Below, one piece after another: positions 46,122 to 55,491 of a stretch of DNA of 64,000 nt. The notes under the pieces were generated by a model. It saw only the letters and a list, made by a program, of their open reading frames with translations, was not told the origin of the DNA and made no database searches. Source of the stretch: a virus (lineage: Duplodnaviria; Heunggongvirae; Uroviricota; Caudoviricetes); the IMG/VR virus record IMGVR_UViG_3300045988_149282, positions 1 through 64,000 of that record; one strand, 5' to 3'. Position 1 is the first letter of the stretch, and every line of letters begins with the position of its first letter. Position numbers and translations under genes: made by a program.

Positions 46122-46889
46122 TTATGCCGCGCTAACACTATGTTCAGTCCTAACCACCCCAACCTTCACAAAAGGGCTACCGTAGCTTGGTGGCTTCTTG
46201 ATTAATTTGCCTACATACAGTTTTCTAATATGCTCATCGGCTATTCTGCCAACAAATTCATAACGTTTTGTGTCGGGGCCAAGAGCTATATCCCTTGTAA
46301 AGTACTGCTGAGAACCGGCTTTGACCCAGCATTCAATCTGATAAACTTCCATTATCAGCCCACCATATGTAGCGTAGGCATATTTGAGATTCTCGTCTCT
46401 TGGAACCTTTGCCCATACGCCACGCGTAGCTTCATATAATGCCAGAGCGGACATTCCTGACTTGTAGGTGCTGTTTAGCAGGAAGGCAAGACCGGCGTGC
46501 TCAGGAGCAATTTCAGTTTCCTCTTGCAGCACTAAGTGATGGTAGGCGTCCAGTGATATTCTGCCCATCATGGAACCACTTCCTCGTACCTTATTCGTAA
46601 GCTCTCCGACCCCCATAAGGTCGATGCATGTCGCCTCAACAAGTTTGGCTGTGGTTTCATCCATACCATGACGAAGTATATCTATGCCTAATTTTTTATT
46701 AGCCAAAAGTTCTTTGATCCGCATGGATTTGGGAGAGTCATCGGGATACTTGATGTGATCGAGACAACGAGTCGATTTGCCTTTTCCTATGTAAAACGGT
46801 CTTTTCATCTTGTCTTCTGTATCATAGAGACAGTAAACATAGTATTTAGCCTTATCCAATGATCTCGCGTATACCGATAAATCGTCCAT
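46122..46889 (-). CDS. GIY-YIG family nuclease (homing-endonuclease-like)
   Basis: N-terminal GIY-YIG-type motif (YYVYCLYD ... RPFYIGKGK ... R ... H); convergent with the partition operon and separated by a 12-bp-stem bidirectional terminator. Confidence 0.55.
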   Translation of the reverse strand: MDDLSVYARSLDKAKYYVYCLYDTEDKMKRPFYIGKGKSTRCLDHIKYPDDSPKSMRIKELLANKKLGIDILRHGMDETTAKLVEATCIDLMGVGELTNKVRGSGSMMGRISLDAYHHLVLQEETEIAPEHAGLAFLLNSTYKSGMSALALYEATRGVWAKVPRDENLKYAYATYGGLIMEVYQIECWVKAGSQQYFTRDIALGPDTKRYEFVGRIADEHIRKLYVGKLIKKPPSYGSPFVKVGVVRTEHSVSAA

Positions 46890-47000
46890 TATTGCATCTC
46901 TTTGCTACTGACTAATGCGTTCTATTTTACACATAAGTTTTTAATCAATTTAACAGGCTCAAAGTGTAGAGCTTCTGGGCGTCTAAGACGACAAGTTATG

Positions 47001-47055
47001 CCTGCTTCTGTATATATAAATAATAAGTAACTTATTAAATATATACGGAAGCAGG
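47001..47055. repeat. 55-bp palindromic element, copy 2 (exact duplicate of 10601..10655)
   Basis: Identical 55-mer located between the GIY-YIG gene and the replication module. Confidence 0.8.
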
Positions 47056-47171
47056 TCTTTTAAAAGACACCACCAGAACAACTCCCTTCCGTTTCCACTT
47101 CCAAAAACTGCCACCAGTCGCTATCATCCGCTCATTGTGATAAGTAAGTAACTACCTACCAGGTGAGCCAC

Positions 47172-47912
47172 ATGAGCCAAATCTTTTTCGATACCATCGA
47201 CAACGACCAGTACGACTTCATGACAGAGTGGAATACCGCTGTTATGGACAAGTGGGTCGCTGAAAACATTGGTTTGTCGCGCTGTAAAGACGAGGCTGAA
47301 CTCTTCGAGACGAAGTGGTTTGATTACCGCGACATGCATCCTCTCATGGCCACCTGTCTTTTTACGGAGGCATACAAACGTCAGTACTCAAATATCATGC
47401 TGACGCACGGTCGCGAACACTTTGAAACAGCTCCGTTCACCACCGGGTTAAAACGCCTGCCTTATCAGGAGTTGTCGACTGCCAATAAAACGTCGCTATG
47501 GAAAGCACGCCAGTTTGCGGATCGCTATTGCTGCTCATACGACTACTTTATCTCCACCGTTCTTTCCGCAGCTGCACGACGGCTGTGGGACAAGCTGCCG
47601 CGCCCACAGCATTTATGGCAGCCAGAACTGATTGAGATATTTGAAGAGAAATTAGCCAGACGCGCAACAACCCGTCTGGATGACTCTCTGGTTAGCTTTA
47701 AGCATATGGGAGACATGCAGTTCAACCCGATTCAGGAAAGCTATTTTGAGTGGATTCTGGAGCGTTTGCGCACCATCCCTCGCAGCAAGCGCATACGCGC
47801 AATTTTCTCCGCTATCTGGCTAATGGAAATCGTTCCAGAGCGCCTTATTTCCGCCCACTTTCCAGAAGAACTGGAAGAAGCACGGCGGTTTATTGATCCC
47901 CTATCTAATTAA
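47172..47912 (+). CDS. hypothetical protein (~246 aa), replication-module associated
   Basis: ORF track 47163 (GTG), first ATG 47172; immediately upstream of the DnaB-like helicase. Confidence 0.5.
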   Translation: MSQIFFDTIDNDQYDFMTEWNTAVMDKWVAENIGLSRCKDEAELFETKWFDYRDMHPLMATCLFTEAYKRQYSNIMLTHGREHFETAPFTTGLKRLPYQELSTANKTSLWKARQFADRYCCSYDYFISTVLSAAARRLWDKLPRPQHLWQPELIEIFEEKLARRATTRLDDSLVSFKHMGDMQFNPIQESYFEWILERLRTIPRSKRIRAIFSAIWLMEIVPERLISAHFPEELEEARRFIDPLSN

Positions 47913-47920
47913 CTAATACT

Positions 47921-47936
47921 AGAAAACAATTTGTTT
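47921..47936 (+). promoter_or_regulatory. AGAAAACAATTTGTTT motif upstream of the DnaB-like helicase gene
   Basis: Motif variant 20 nt upstream of the helicase ATG. Confidence 0.5.
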
Positions 47937-47955
47937 AAAAAACAAAGGAAAGCAC

Positions 47956-49296
47956 ATGACCGAACTTTGCCATACAGGACGCGGGCTGTCCGAAGAGTTT
48001 GATGAAGATTTCCAGAACAGACTGACGGCATATTTTTGTCGTGATCACGAGTTTCTTACTCGTGCGGGAGATCTGGTTGTGCCTAGCCAGTTTGCCAATG
48101 CGGCCAATGCCATATTGGTTAATATGGTTTCGGGCTATTACCGTATGTACAAGAGCGCGCCCTCTTCATCTGCAATTCTGGATATGCTTAAGCGTGCGAA
48201 ACGCGATAAGACTATCCGTGAGGAACTATTCGCCGATGTTGTTGCTGCGTTTAAGCGCATTCTTGCAGAAAAATTGTCCGATACCTCGTACATGGTTGAC
48301 CAGGTATCAACCTTCGCAAAAAGTGTAGCGTTTGATGATGCTCTGATTAAGGCTGCTGAACTGAAAGAGAAAGGCGACTTTCAGGGGGCGATGGCAATCA
48401 TGGCCAAGGTTCAGCAGATTGGATCGAACGAAGCGACCGGAATCTATGACTACTACACCTCCGCAAGTGAGCGATTGAAAGCGCGTGAATATGAGGCTTC
48501 AGAGGAGTATGTACCAAACAGTATTACAACTGGACTCCCTCTTCTCGATAGGTTGCTGTACCAAAAAGGCTGGGCAAAGCGCGAAATGGTGCTCTTCATG
48601 GGGTTCGCTAAATCCGGTAAATCGACCGCAATGGGTGAGTTTTCCATAAACGCAACGCTTGCTGGCTACAATGTTCTGTATCTCTCGCTGGAGGTTCACA
48701 CCACCATTTTATCCGACCGTTTTGATGCAAGATTGTCGGAGACAGAAATGTCCAAGCTGGTGGAACGGCGCGATGAGGTTCATCGTAAGTTGGCAGAGTT
48801 GGGAGCCACGAAGGGGATTGGTAGTTTGTGGGTGGTTGAGCGTCCGTCAGGAAGTATGTCACCGGCAGATCTGGACCGTATGCTTAACAGCATGAAAGCC
48901 AACGGCATGGTGCCTGACATGGTTGTTGTCGACTACGCAGATTTGATGCGTGCCAGTTATGACCTTCGTGATGATCGCGCCAACATTCGTAGCATCTACA
49001 CCGATTTACGTGCTCTTTATGACAAGCATAACGTTGCTGGGATCACGGCATCGCAGACAAACCGTGAAGGTGGCGCGTCAGAAGTTGCCACAATGATGCA
49101 CGCTGCCGACAACATCGAAAAAGTACGTATTGCTGACCTGGTAATAACGATCAACAAAACCGAAGAAGAAGAAGCGAAAGGAGAGGCTCGTCTCTACTTT
49201 GCCGGTTCACGTAACCAGCAGGGAGGGATCAGCATTCGCGTTAAACAAAACCTCGAACAAATGCGCTTCATTGAGCGAATCTTAGACGTTACCTAA
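47956..49296 (+). CDS. replicative DNA helicase (DnaB-like, RecA-fold C-terminal domain)
   Basis: DnaB C-terminal motifs (SITTGLPLLDRLL), Walker A (GFAKSGKST), Walker B (VVVDYADLM), ITASQTNREG; RBS AAAGGAAAG. Confidence 0.85.
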   Translation: MTELCHTGRGLSEEFDEDFQNRLTAYFCRDHEFLTRAGDLVVPSQFANAANAILVNMVSGYYRMYKSAPSSSAILDMLKRAKRDKTIREELFADVVAAFKRILAEKLSDTSYMVDQVSTFAKSVAFDDALIKAAELKEKGDFQGAMAIMAKVQQIGSNEATGIYDYYTSASERLKAREYEASEEYVPNSITTGLPLLDRLLYQKGWAKREMVLFMGFAKSGKSTAMGEFSINATLAGYNVLYLSLEVHTTILSDRFDARLSETEMSKLVERRDEVHRKLAELGATKGIGSLWVVERPSGSMSPADLDRMLNSMKANGMVPDMVVVDYADLMRASYDLRDDRANIRSIYTDLRALYDKHNVAGITASQTNREGGASEVATMMHAADNIEKVRIADLVITINKTEEEEAKGEARLYFAGSRNQQGGISIRVKQNLEQMRFIERILDVT

Positions 49297-49377
49297 AAAA
49301 TAAGCGTGGAGAACACCTCCACGCTTGATTCATTGGTGAAACAACTTTTCTTTTGCCAAACCACAAAAGAAAAACAC

Positions 49378-50559
49378 ATGAACCTTTATATTATATCAAC
49401 ATTTAGGTTGGTCACAATATTGCCTGTTAAAAGTGGAATTATCGTGAGCGAGCTGAAAGAGCTAATTACCGAATTAGATTTTGAACAATGGTTGGATACT
49501 GAAGGTATCGTTTATCGACGTGGAGGCGTGAGTACTCGCGGTCGTGAAGTGAATATCAAGGAGTGTCCGGTATGCGGCAGCTCCAACTGGAAGGTATATT
49601 TCAATCTGACCAGTGGCGTCGGTAAATGCTTCGCTGGTGATCATCCCGAAGAGATTCAGTTCAATAAGCTGGTCTTCCTCAAGCACTACAGCGGCAAATC
49701 ACGACGACAGTTCGAGGAATATGTGCAGAACGCCCTTCTTTCCCAGGGGTGGGCACCAAAGAAAGAAGAGCTAGTGCTTGCAAGCACAGTCGAGTTAGAG
49801 GAGCCAGTTGCACTCCCTCGTCATTACGAGCTTCCTATAGATGGCCGTCTTCCAGACTATCTGGTTGAACGAAACATATCGCCTGAAATGGCAAAGTATT
49901 TTGACCTACGATACTGCGTCGAAGGCAAGCACGCCTATGTAGATCCGTATACAGATCAGGTTAAAGGACAGATATTCGATATGCGAATACTGATACCGGT
50001 TTACGATCTGGATGGGGTAATGAAGACATTTCAGGGACGAGACATTACCGGTACAGCAGAACGCCGCTACCTCTTTCCTATGCAACTTCCAGCTTCAGGT
50101 AAGTTTCTCTACAACGGCCATAATGCAGTCGGCAAACAGACTGTAGTTGTCTGTGAGGGGGCGTTCGATGTTATGGGGGTTAAACGAGCTATTTTTGACG
50201 AAGAAACATTACGTGATTACGTGGAACCAATAGGAACGTTCGGGATGCATCTATCTGGTAACACCACTCAGGATGCAGAAGATCAGTTAGGCGCGTTCCT
50301 GACGCTCAAGGCGCGTGGGTTACGTAATGTGATCATGATGTGGGATAGTGAAAAGCAAGCTATACGCAACACGATGGCCGCAGCCAGGCGACTGACCAGT
50401 ATTGGTCTTAATGTCAAAGTGGCGTGTTTGGGCGAGGAAGGACTCGACCCGGGCGATGCAACGCCAGAGCAAATCATCAAAGCCTATTATCGGGCAAAAC
50501 CGTATACCAAACAGTTGGAGTTGCAAAGCAAGGTTTTGGGCATTAAGGCTCTATCATAA
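49378..50559 (+). CDS. DNA primase (DnaG-like: zinc ribbon plus TOPRIM)
   Basis: Zn-ribbon (CPVCGSSNW...KCF) and TOPRIM-like motifs (VVVCEGAFDVMGV, MWDSEKQA). Start uncertain (ATG 49378 or GTG 49444); the track start 49306 lies inside a hairpin. Confidence 0.75.
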   Translation: MNLYIISTFRLVTILPVKSGIIVSELKELITELDFEQWLDTEGIVYRRGGVSTRGREVNIKECPVCGSSNWKVYFNLTSGVGKCFAGDHPEEIQFNKLVFLKHYSGKSRRQFEEYVQNALLSQGWAPKKEELVLASTVELEEPVALPRHYELPIDGRLPDYLVERNISPEMAKYFDLRYCVEGKHAYVDPYTDQVKGQIFDMRILIPVYDLDGVMKTFQGRDITGTAERRYLFPMQLPASGKFLYNGHNAVGKQTVVVCEGAFDVMGVKRAIFDEETLRDYVEPIGTFGMHLSGNTTQDAEDQLGAFLTLKARGLRNVIMMWDSEKQAIRNTMAAARRLTSIGLNVKVACLGEEGLDPGDATPEQIIKAYYRAKPYTKQLELQSKVLGIKALS

Positions 50560-50634
50560 CAATCACCTTTAAAATAAGTAGATGATTACTTATCTTTCTG
50601 TGAGAATACTTTCATCTGTTAGCTAGGAGTTGGT

Positions 50635-51417
50635 ATGAAAGACGAAATTCAGAAATTAGCCTGCGACATCATTGATAAAACTGGTTTAGAAATCAGCGAG
50701 AGCAATCGGCTAGACATCATTGAAAAAGCCGTAAAAACAGCAATGGATCATATCGCCACTCGTTTGGTCGAGATCCCGCTACCGGGGCTACCTTATCTGA
50801 AGGTTAAGTTACACGTATGGGGTGAACCTTCTTGTGCACGGCGTTCTGCATTAGTTGTTTTTATTAGCAAAGAAAACCCGATCAGTCTTAAAGTGCAGGT
50901 TGGGGCATGGATGGATGGCAAAGTGATCTACACAAATACCGTTTTTTGTGCGTCAAATGACAGTATTATTGAAGAGGCTATTCAAGAATCACTTCTAACT
51001 ATGCATAGCTTATTTTTGCTGGAAGACAAGCAAAACTACGAAGAGTACTTACGGTCGATAAAAGGTGAGAGAACATTGTCACTTAAAGCCGATTTCGTTA
51101 CCCCGACAAACCTGTTGGAAGTCTTGCTTAATAAAGGGGCTAATGATGCCGTAAATGTAATCAGAGAGAGTGAGTATGCGTCTCTTTGCGACATGTGCAA
51201 AAGCCAGTTGGATCTGGTGCATATCGTTATTGATGCTGGGAAGGCATGTGATGGCGTAATGGCGGAGTTTGCTGGGAAGATGGTCAGGATTGCTAACGAA
51301 TTACCGATGATAGAGCAAGAGGCTAAATCATACGCCACCAATCATGTCACAGAGCTTCTTGTCCCCTATCGCTTAGAAAGCGATCAGCGCAAGATGATTA
51401 GCTGGGGAAGTTGGTAA
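50635..51417 (+). CDS. hypothetical protein (260 aa)
   Basis: ORF with GGAG RBS, preceded by the TAAGTA-type hairpin motif at 50574-50593. Confidence 0.5.
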   Translation: MKDEIQKLACDIIDKTGLEISESNRLDIIEKAVKTAMDHIATRLVEIPLPGLPYLKVKLHVWGEPSCARRSALVVFISKENPISLKVQVGAWMDGKVIYTNTVFCASNDSIIEEAIQESLLTMHSLFLLEDKQNYEEYLRSIKGERTLSLKADFVTPTNLLEVLLNKGANDAVNVIRESEYASLCDMCKSQLDLVHIVIDAGKACDGVMAEFAGKMVRIANELPMIEQEAKSYATNHVTELLVPYRLESDQRKMISWGSW

Positions 51418-51472
51418 TCTCTCCGCGCGTCGTTTTTTACGCAAATAACGATAGGTAAGTACAAGATTATTT

Positions 51473-51955
51473 ATGGCGGTAGTTGTGAAAGCTGATTTGT
51501 CAAAAATCCCCTCTATTTCAGGAAATAATGGTTATTCACTTCGTTGTGAGGAAGTAAAGATAAACGGTGAGTCGGCATATTGCAGCTACTCCGTTTGCCA
51601 GCACACCATTCTTGCCTTCAAAGAAAACCGTCTTCCTCGAACTTCATTCCAGTCGTGCGCAACCGCTATCAAAGCAGGCAAATGCAAGGCGTTAAAAATG
51701 ATGGTTGAAGAGATTCGTAAAGGAGAATCTCTGTATTTCGAAGATATGACCGCGCTCATTAAGGAGGTTGAAGAACGGAATAAACAAGCCAGAACTTTAA
51801 AACGAAAACGTGACAGTGTAACGATTAATAGCATGGTTAAGAAGAGCGCCACATCACAAACAGCGATCACTGACGTGTATGCGGCGTTGCTTGAAGAAAC
51901 AACAAAAGAAACACATGAGCAAATCGATCAACATATGGAGGCAAAACAACAATGA
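51473..51955 (+). CDS. hypothetical Cys-containing protein (160 aa)
   Basis: ORF preceded by the GATAGGTAAGTA motif (51450-51465); overlaps the ligase start. Confidence 0.5.
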   Translation: MAVVVKADLSKIPSISGNNGYSLRCEEVKINGESAYCSYSVCQHTILAFKENRLPRTSFQSCATAIKAGKCKALKMMVEEIRKGESLYFEDMTALIKEVEERNKQARTLKRKRDSVTINSMVKKSATSQTAITDVYAALLEETTKETHEQIDQHMEAKQQ

Positions 51956-53274
51956 AAAAGTTGATCGCACTTAAGCATAAGCTGGACGAAATGAAAGCTA
52001 TGGGAACCAATGCAAAAAAAGAGGCATTGGCCAACATGGATGACTTTGAACAAAGCATGGTTTCATTGATGCTCAACCCTTTCATCCGTTTTGGGGTAAA
52101 GAAATACAAAGTGGCAAAGCCGCTTAGTGAGTCCGTCCCAAGTGACGAAAAAGCCATTGATGTACTGAATAAGCTGGCCTCTCGCGAGCTGACGGGGAAC
52201 GCAGCAATAGCAGCTGTTGAGTCTATCGTGGCGTCAATGTGCGCCGATGGGCAGGACGTGTTCCGTCGTTTCCTCTTAAAAGACCCGAAAGCAGGTGTTG
52301 GGATTAGCCTATGCAACAAGGTTTTTGAAAATCCCATTCCGAAATTCGAGGTGCAGCTGGCGTCACCGTATAAAGAAAAAGGCGACAAATACCCCTTCAA
52401 GCCAAATCCTAAAGCAAAATGGCCGATGATTGGCAGTCTTAAGCTCGATGGTTTGCTAGTAATTTGCGAGGTTATTGTTGACGAGGAAGAGGTTAACTTC
52501 CTTTCTCGTACTGGTAATCCAATCACGTCTCTCGATCACCTAAAGCCAGCAATGCTCGAATTAGGCAAACTTTCAGGCCACAAACACATCTTCTTCGATG
52601 GTGAAGGAACAGCCGGTTCATTTAACCAGTCCGTATCTGCATTGCGCAAAAAGAACGTGCAGGCAATTGGCGCTATTTATCATGTTTTCGACTTCTTCCT
52701 ACCGGAATGGCGAGCACAGGCTAAATCCAAAGAGTATGCAAAGACAGGTATGAAGCTGAAAGAGCGCCTGGCTATTCTCGTGGCGTTGTTCAAAAACGAT
52801 CGCAGTGAAGGCTACACACAAGACATTCACCTGCATCCGTTCTATATCATCCATAGCCACGAAGACCTCATCGAACGCTTCATGAAACGCCTGGACGATA
52901 ACGAAGAAGGGGAGATGGGTAAAGATCCGAACTCTGTTTACGAGTTTAAACGCACCCGCAGCTGGTGGAAGTTAAAAGACGAAGATTCAGAAGATGGTGA
53001 AATTATCGATTTTGAGCCGGGCGATCCGGACTCTGGTTTTGCCAACACGCTTGGAAAAATTGTTATTCGTCTTGAAAACGGCGTCATCGTGCGTGCGAGC
53101 GGCATTAAGCATAAATATCTGGACGAGATCTGGAACAACAAAGAGAAGTACCGTGGTCGTATTGTTGAGGTTCATTGTCACGAGAAAACACCGGATGGCA
53201 GCTTACGCCACCCACGACTGAAATGGCCGCGTTGCTTACGCGATACAGAAGATCGAATCGGAGATAAAGAATGA
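51952..53274 (+). CDS. ATP-dependent DNA ligase (candidate)
   Basis: Nucleotidyltransferase motif I KxDG (SLKLDGLLV), FFDGEG, motif V-like WWKLK; RBS GGAGG. Confidence 0.7.
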   Translation: MKKLIALKHKLDEMKAMGTNAKKEALANMDDFEQSMVSLMLNPFIRFGVKKYKVAKPLSESVPSDEKAIDVLNKLASRELTGNAAIAAVESIVASMCADGQDVFRRFLLKDPKAGVGISLCNKVFENPIPKFEVQLASPYKEKGDKYPFKPNPKAKWPMIGSLKLDGLLVICEVIVDEEEVNFLSRTGNPITSLDHLKPAMLELGKLSGHKHIFFDGEGTAGSFNQSVSALRKKNVQAIGAIYHVFDFFLPEWRAQAKSKEYAKTGMKLKERLAILVALFKNDRSEGYTQDIHLHPFYIIHSHEDLIERFMKRLDDNEEGEMGKDPNSVYEFKRTRSWWKLKDEDSEDGEIIDFEPGDPDSGFANTLGKIVIRLENGVIVRASGIKHKYLDEIWNNKEKYRGRIVEVHCHEKTPDGSLRHPRLKWPRCLRDTEDRIGDKE

Positions 53275-53450
53275 TGCTCGGCTGGATGATTGCATTTTTA
53301 GCAGTTGGTTTTTTCATCGGTATTGTGGTGATGTCCAGTTGCATTAATGACTACATTAAAAACGGTGTTATAGAAAGACGCGGTCGTATTTATCGCATTG
53401 TAGAAATAACCAACACCCTGAAGGAGATTAAGGATGATCGTATTAAGTAA
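53271..53450 (+). CDS. small membrane protein (59 aa), paralogue family member
   Basis: Below the ORF-track size cutoff; ATG overlaps the ligase stop; N-terminal TM helix then basic tail (RRGRIYRIVE). Confidence 0.4.
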   Translation: MMLGWMIAFLAVGFFIGIVVMSSCINDYIKNGVIERRGRIYRIVEITNTLKEIKDDRIK

Positions 53451-53649
53451 ACGGGAGAAGGAAACGCTTCATGAAATCAGTAAGTGGCCGGAGTTCCCTG
53501 AGTACTGGAAGCCTAAAACGCGAGCTAAGTTAGAGCGTTTAGGGTTGGTTGCAAACGTTTCTGAAACGAAGTGTTCGGCCAACTACCAGTTAACTGATAA
53601 AGGGAAAGTATTGCTACAGCAATTAGTAGAATCAGGAGTGTTAAAATGA
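53434..53649 (+). CDS. hypothetical small protein (71 aa)
   Basis: ORF with GGAG RBS. Confidence 0.4.
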   Translation: MIVLSKREKETLHEISKWPEFPEYWKPKTRAKLERLGLVANVSETKCSANYQLTDKGKVLLQQLVESGVLK

Positions 53650-53798
53650 TTCCATACATCTCATTAGCTTTTATGGGTGGCTTCCTTATCGGCTTCGGCA
53701 TCTGTCGTGATTTAATTAAGCAGGAACTTAAAACCAAAACACTGTGCATCGGAAAGCGTGTGTATCGGGTAGTTCATGAAACAAAGGTTAAAAAATGA
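53646..53798 (+). CDS. small membrane protein (~50 aa), paralogue family member
   Basis: Not in the ORF track (short); ATG overlaps the upstream stop; TM helix plus basic tail (GKRVYRVVHE) resembling 53271..53450. Confidence 0.35.
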   Translation: MIPYISLAFMGGFLIGFGICRDLIKQELKTKTLCIGKRVYRVVHETKVKK

Positions 53799-54085
53799 GC
53801 AATTTAACTTCTTGGGACTGGTGGTTGGCCACCTATTTCTTAGCGGCCGGAGTCGCATTCGCCTTTTACGTAGGTCAGTTAGTCGTAAAACTGTTGCTGA
53901 TTAAATTTGCTAGTCATAAACGTATCGATGATGGTCTGTGGCGTCTTGGCACCCTGGTGGAAACTCGCTACGGGCAACTTAAGGAGAACGAAACCATTAC
54001 TATCCAGGCGAAACGATTCACTGCCACCATCACAAGAACACCTAGTCGTAGAGTGGCCTTGATCAAAAAAGTCACAACCGAATAA
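53795..54085 (+). CDS. small membrane protein (96 aa), paralogue family member
   Basis: N-terminal TM helix (WWLATYFLAAGVAFAFYVG) followed by a basic region; third member of the apparent family. Confidence 0.45.
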   Translation: MSNLTSWDWWLATYFLAAGVAFAFYVGQLVVKLLLIKFASHKRIDDGLWRLGTLVETRYGQLKENETITIQAKRFTATITRTPSRRVALIKKVTTE

Positions 54086-54094
54086 AAACATCAT

Positions 54095-54116
54095 GATAAG
54101 TATTTACTTACTTATC
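54095..54116 (+). promoter_or_regulatory. TAAGTA-type hairpin motif (GATAAGTATTTACTTACTTATC) at the head of the tRNA/ncRNA region
   Basis: Inverted repeat GATAAGTA / TACTTATC followed by a T-rich tract, at the start of the ~780-bp noncoding stretch preceding the tRNAs. Confidence 0.4.
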
Positions 54117-54863
54117 TTTTATGTATAAGATGACTTTGTTTTCGTTGAGACGCGACTGTTTGAACTTAAATACAAGTGCAAACGAAGAAGTCTATCTGGC
54201 AGTAGCCTAATAAGCCAAACACCAGCGAGGTCAGTTTCCAGCCTCGTTACCGAAATGGGACACACTGAGCGAGTGTGATTGCAGAACGCAGGAGGGAACA
54301 TTCATGTTCCCTCCGATGAAGTAACAGAATGGGCGGTTGGTATATTTTCAACTCCATATGACTCCCGGATTCTTAGCCTCTGACCGCCCATCCTGTTACG
54401 TCATTTTGTTCAATTATGTCGTTTATACTGGGTTAAAAAGCGGCGACGTAGCCCGGCTGGTATGGTTAGCCAGCACACAACGTTGAGGCCATTACATTTT
54501 TATCAATTCTAAGGTTCTATTCACAGAGATACCGGCGAGCGTTGATATGTAACATGTTGGGCAAACATTCAATCGGAGTAGTGGCCTCAACGTTGTGAAG
54601 ACAGGATTGTTGTGTAGGTTTAACCACTGTTGCCATTGGTGCCTGTTTTCACAACAAATGATTCCATACATCACATTGTATAAATTACAAAGTAGGTGCT
54701 GTCCTCAGAAACATCATCTACTTAAAGATTTTGCCTTCTACTATTGAGCGAAGTCGAAAGCGTCTGGCACTAACGAAAAGTGCAAGTAGCGGTGCGTTTC
54801 CTGGCAGAAACTAAACCGTCGCGATTGGCACTGTTGAGTAATAAATACTGGCAGTGCTGAATT

Positions 54864-54938
54864 GATGGTGTAGCTCAGCGGTAGAGCAGTTGGCTGTTAA
54901 CCAACTGGTCGGTGGTTCGAATCCACCCACCATCGCCA
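54864..54938 (+). tRNA. tRNA-Asn (anticodon GTT)
   Basis: Hand-folded cloverleaf: 7-bp acceptor GATGGTG/CACCATC, D-arm GCTC/GAGC, anticodon loop CTGTTAA, T-loop TTCGAAT, encoded CCA. Confidence 0.8.
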
Positions 54939-54943
54939 ATTTA

Positions 54944-55030
54944 GGGGAGTTAGTCCGTAGAGGTAGCGGTGTAGACTGTAAATCTACTGTCATGGCGACT
55001 CGGGTGGTTCGACTCCATCACTCCCCACCA
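54944..55030 (+). tRNA. tRNA-Tyr (anticodon GTA), class II with long variable arm
   Basis: Acceptor GGGGAGT/ACTCCCC, anticodon stem GTAGA/TCTAC with loop CTGTAAA, long variable arm, T-loop TTCGACT, encoded CCA. Confidence 0.75.
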
Positions 55031-55034
55031 AATT

Positions 55035-55110
55035 GCCGGTTTAGCTCAGTTGGTAGAGCGCCTGCCTTGTAAGCAGGATGTCAGCGGTTCGAGTCCGTTA
55101 ACCGGCACCA
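55035..55110 (+). tRNA. tRNA-Thr (anticodon TGT)
   Basis: Acceptor GCCGGTT/AACCGGC, D-arm TAGCTCAGTTGGTAGAGC, anticodon loop CTTGTAA, T-loop TTCGAGT, encoded CCA. Confidence 0.8.
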
Positions 55111-55404
55111 ACATAATATTGAGAACATTGGCGTAACGGGTTCATATCCCAATTTATGAATATAATGTTGCGTTGCAGCGTGACAACCAGTGTTCTCAAC
55201 ATTGTGGTGAATGCACAGGCTGATGTGCGACGTAGAAGCAAGCGGATGAACTGCCTGAAGGCCGCTAACGTAGGCAATGCCGGAGATCAGCACCGGCCAT
55301 CACAATTTGGCTCTCTTGCAACAGCATAACGCTGAAATACGTCCAACCTGGTGCGGTCTGATCACCCGCCGTTAGCTCCACGAAACGGAGCACACAACAC
55401 AATT

Positions 55405-55491
55405 GGAGAGTAGGGAGCATGGTGCTCAAGCGGTCTTGAAAACCGTCCCATTGTGCAAACGATGATGGTTCGATTCCATTACTCTCCGCCA
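55405..55491 (+). tRNA. tRNA-Ser (anticodon TGA), class II (candidate)
   Basis: Acceptor GGAGAGT/ACTCTCC, anticodon stem GCGGT/ACCGT with loop CTTGAAA, long variable region, T-loop TTCGATT, CCA. D-arm atypical, hence lower confidence. Confidence 0.6.

Noticed and set aside
49306-49377. ORF-track start of the primase at 49306
   Set aside because: This start lies within a hairpin (49302-49327) just after the helicase stop and lacks an RBS; downstream starts (ATG 49378 or GTG 49444) are more plausible, though still uncertain.
54323-54397. 75-nt and 76-nt long-stem elements (54323-54397, 55495-55570) considered as additional tRNA genes
   Set aside because: Stems of 15-19 bp enclose a single loop; no D-arm, anticodon arm or T-arm can be folded, so they are not tRNAs and are reported instead as candidate structured elements.
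54811-55293. Short ORFs (54811..54993 -, 54890..55072 +, 55081..55293 -) overlapping the tRNA cluster
   Set aside because: They overlap tRNA genes with clear cloverleaf structure; the open frames are coincidental.
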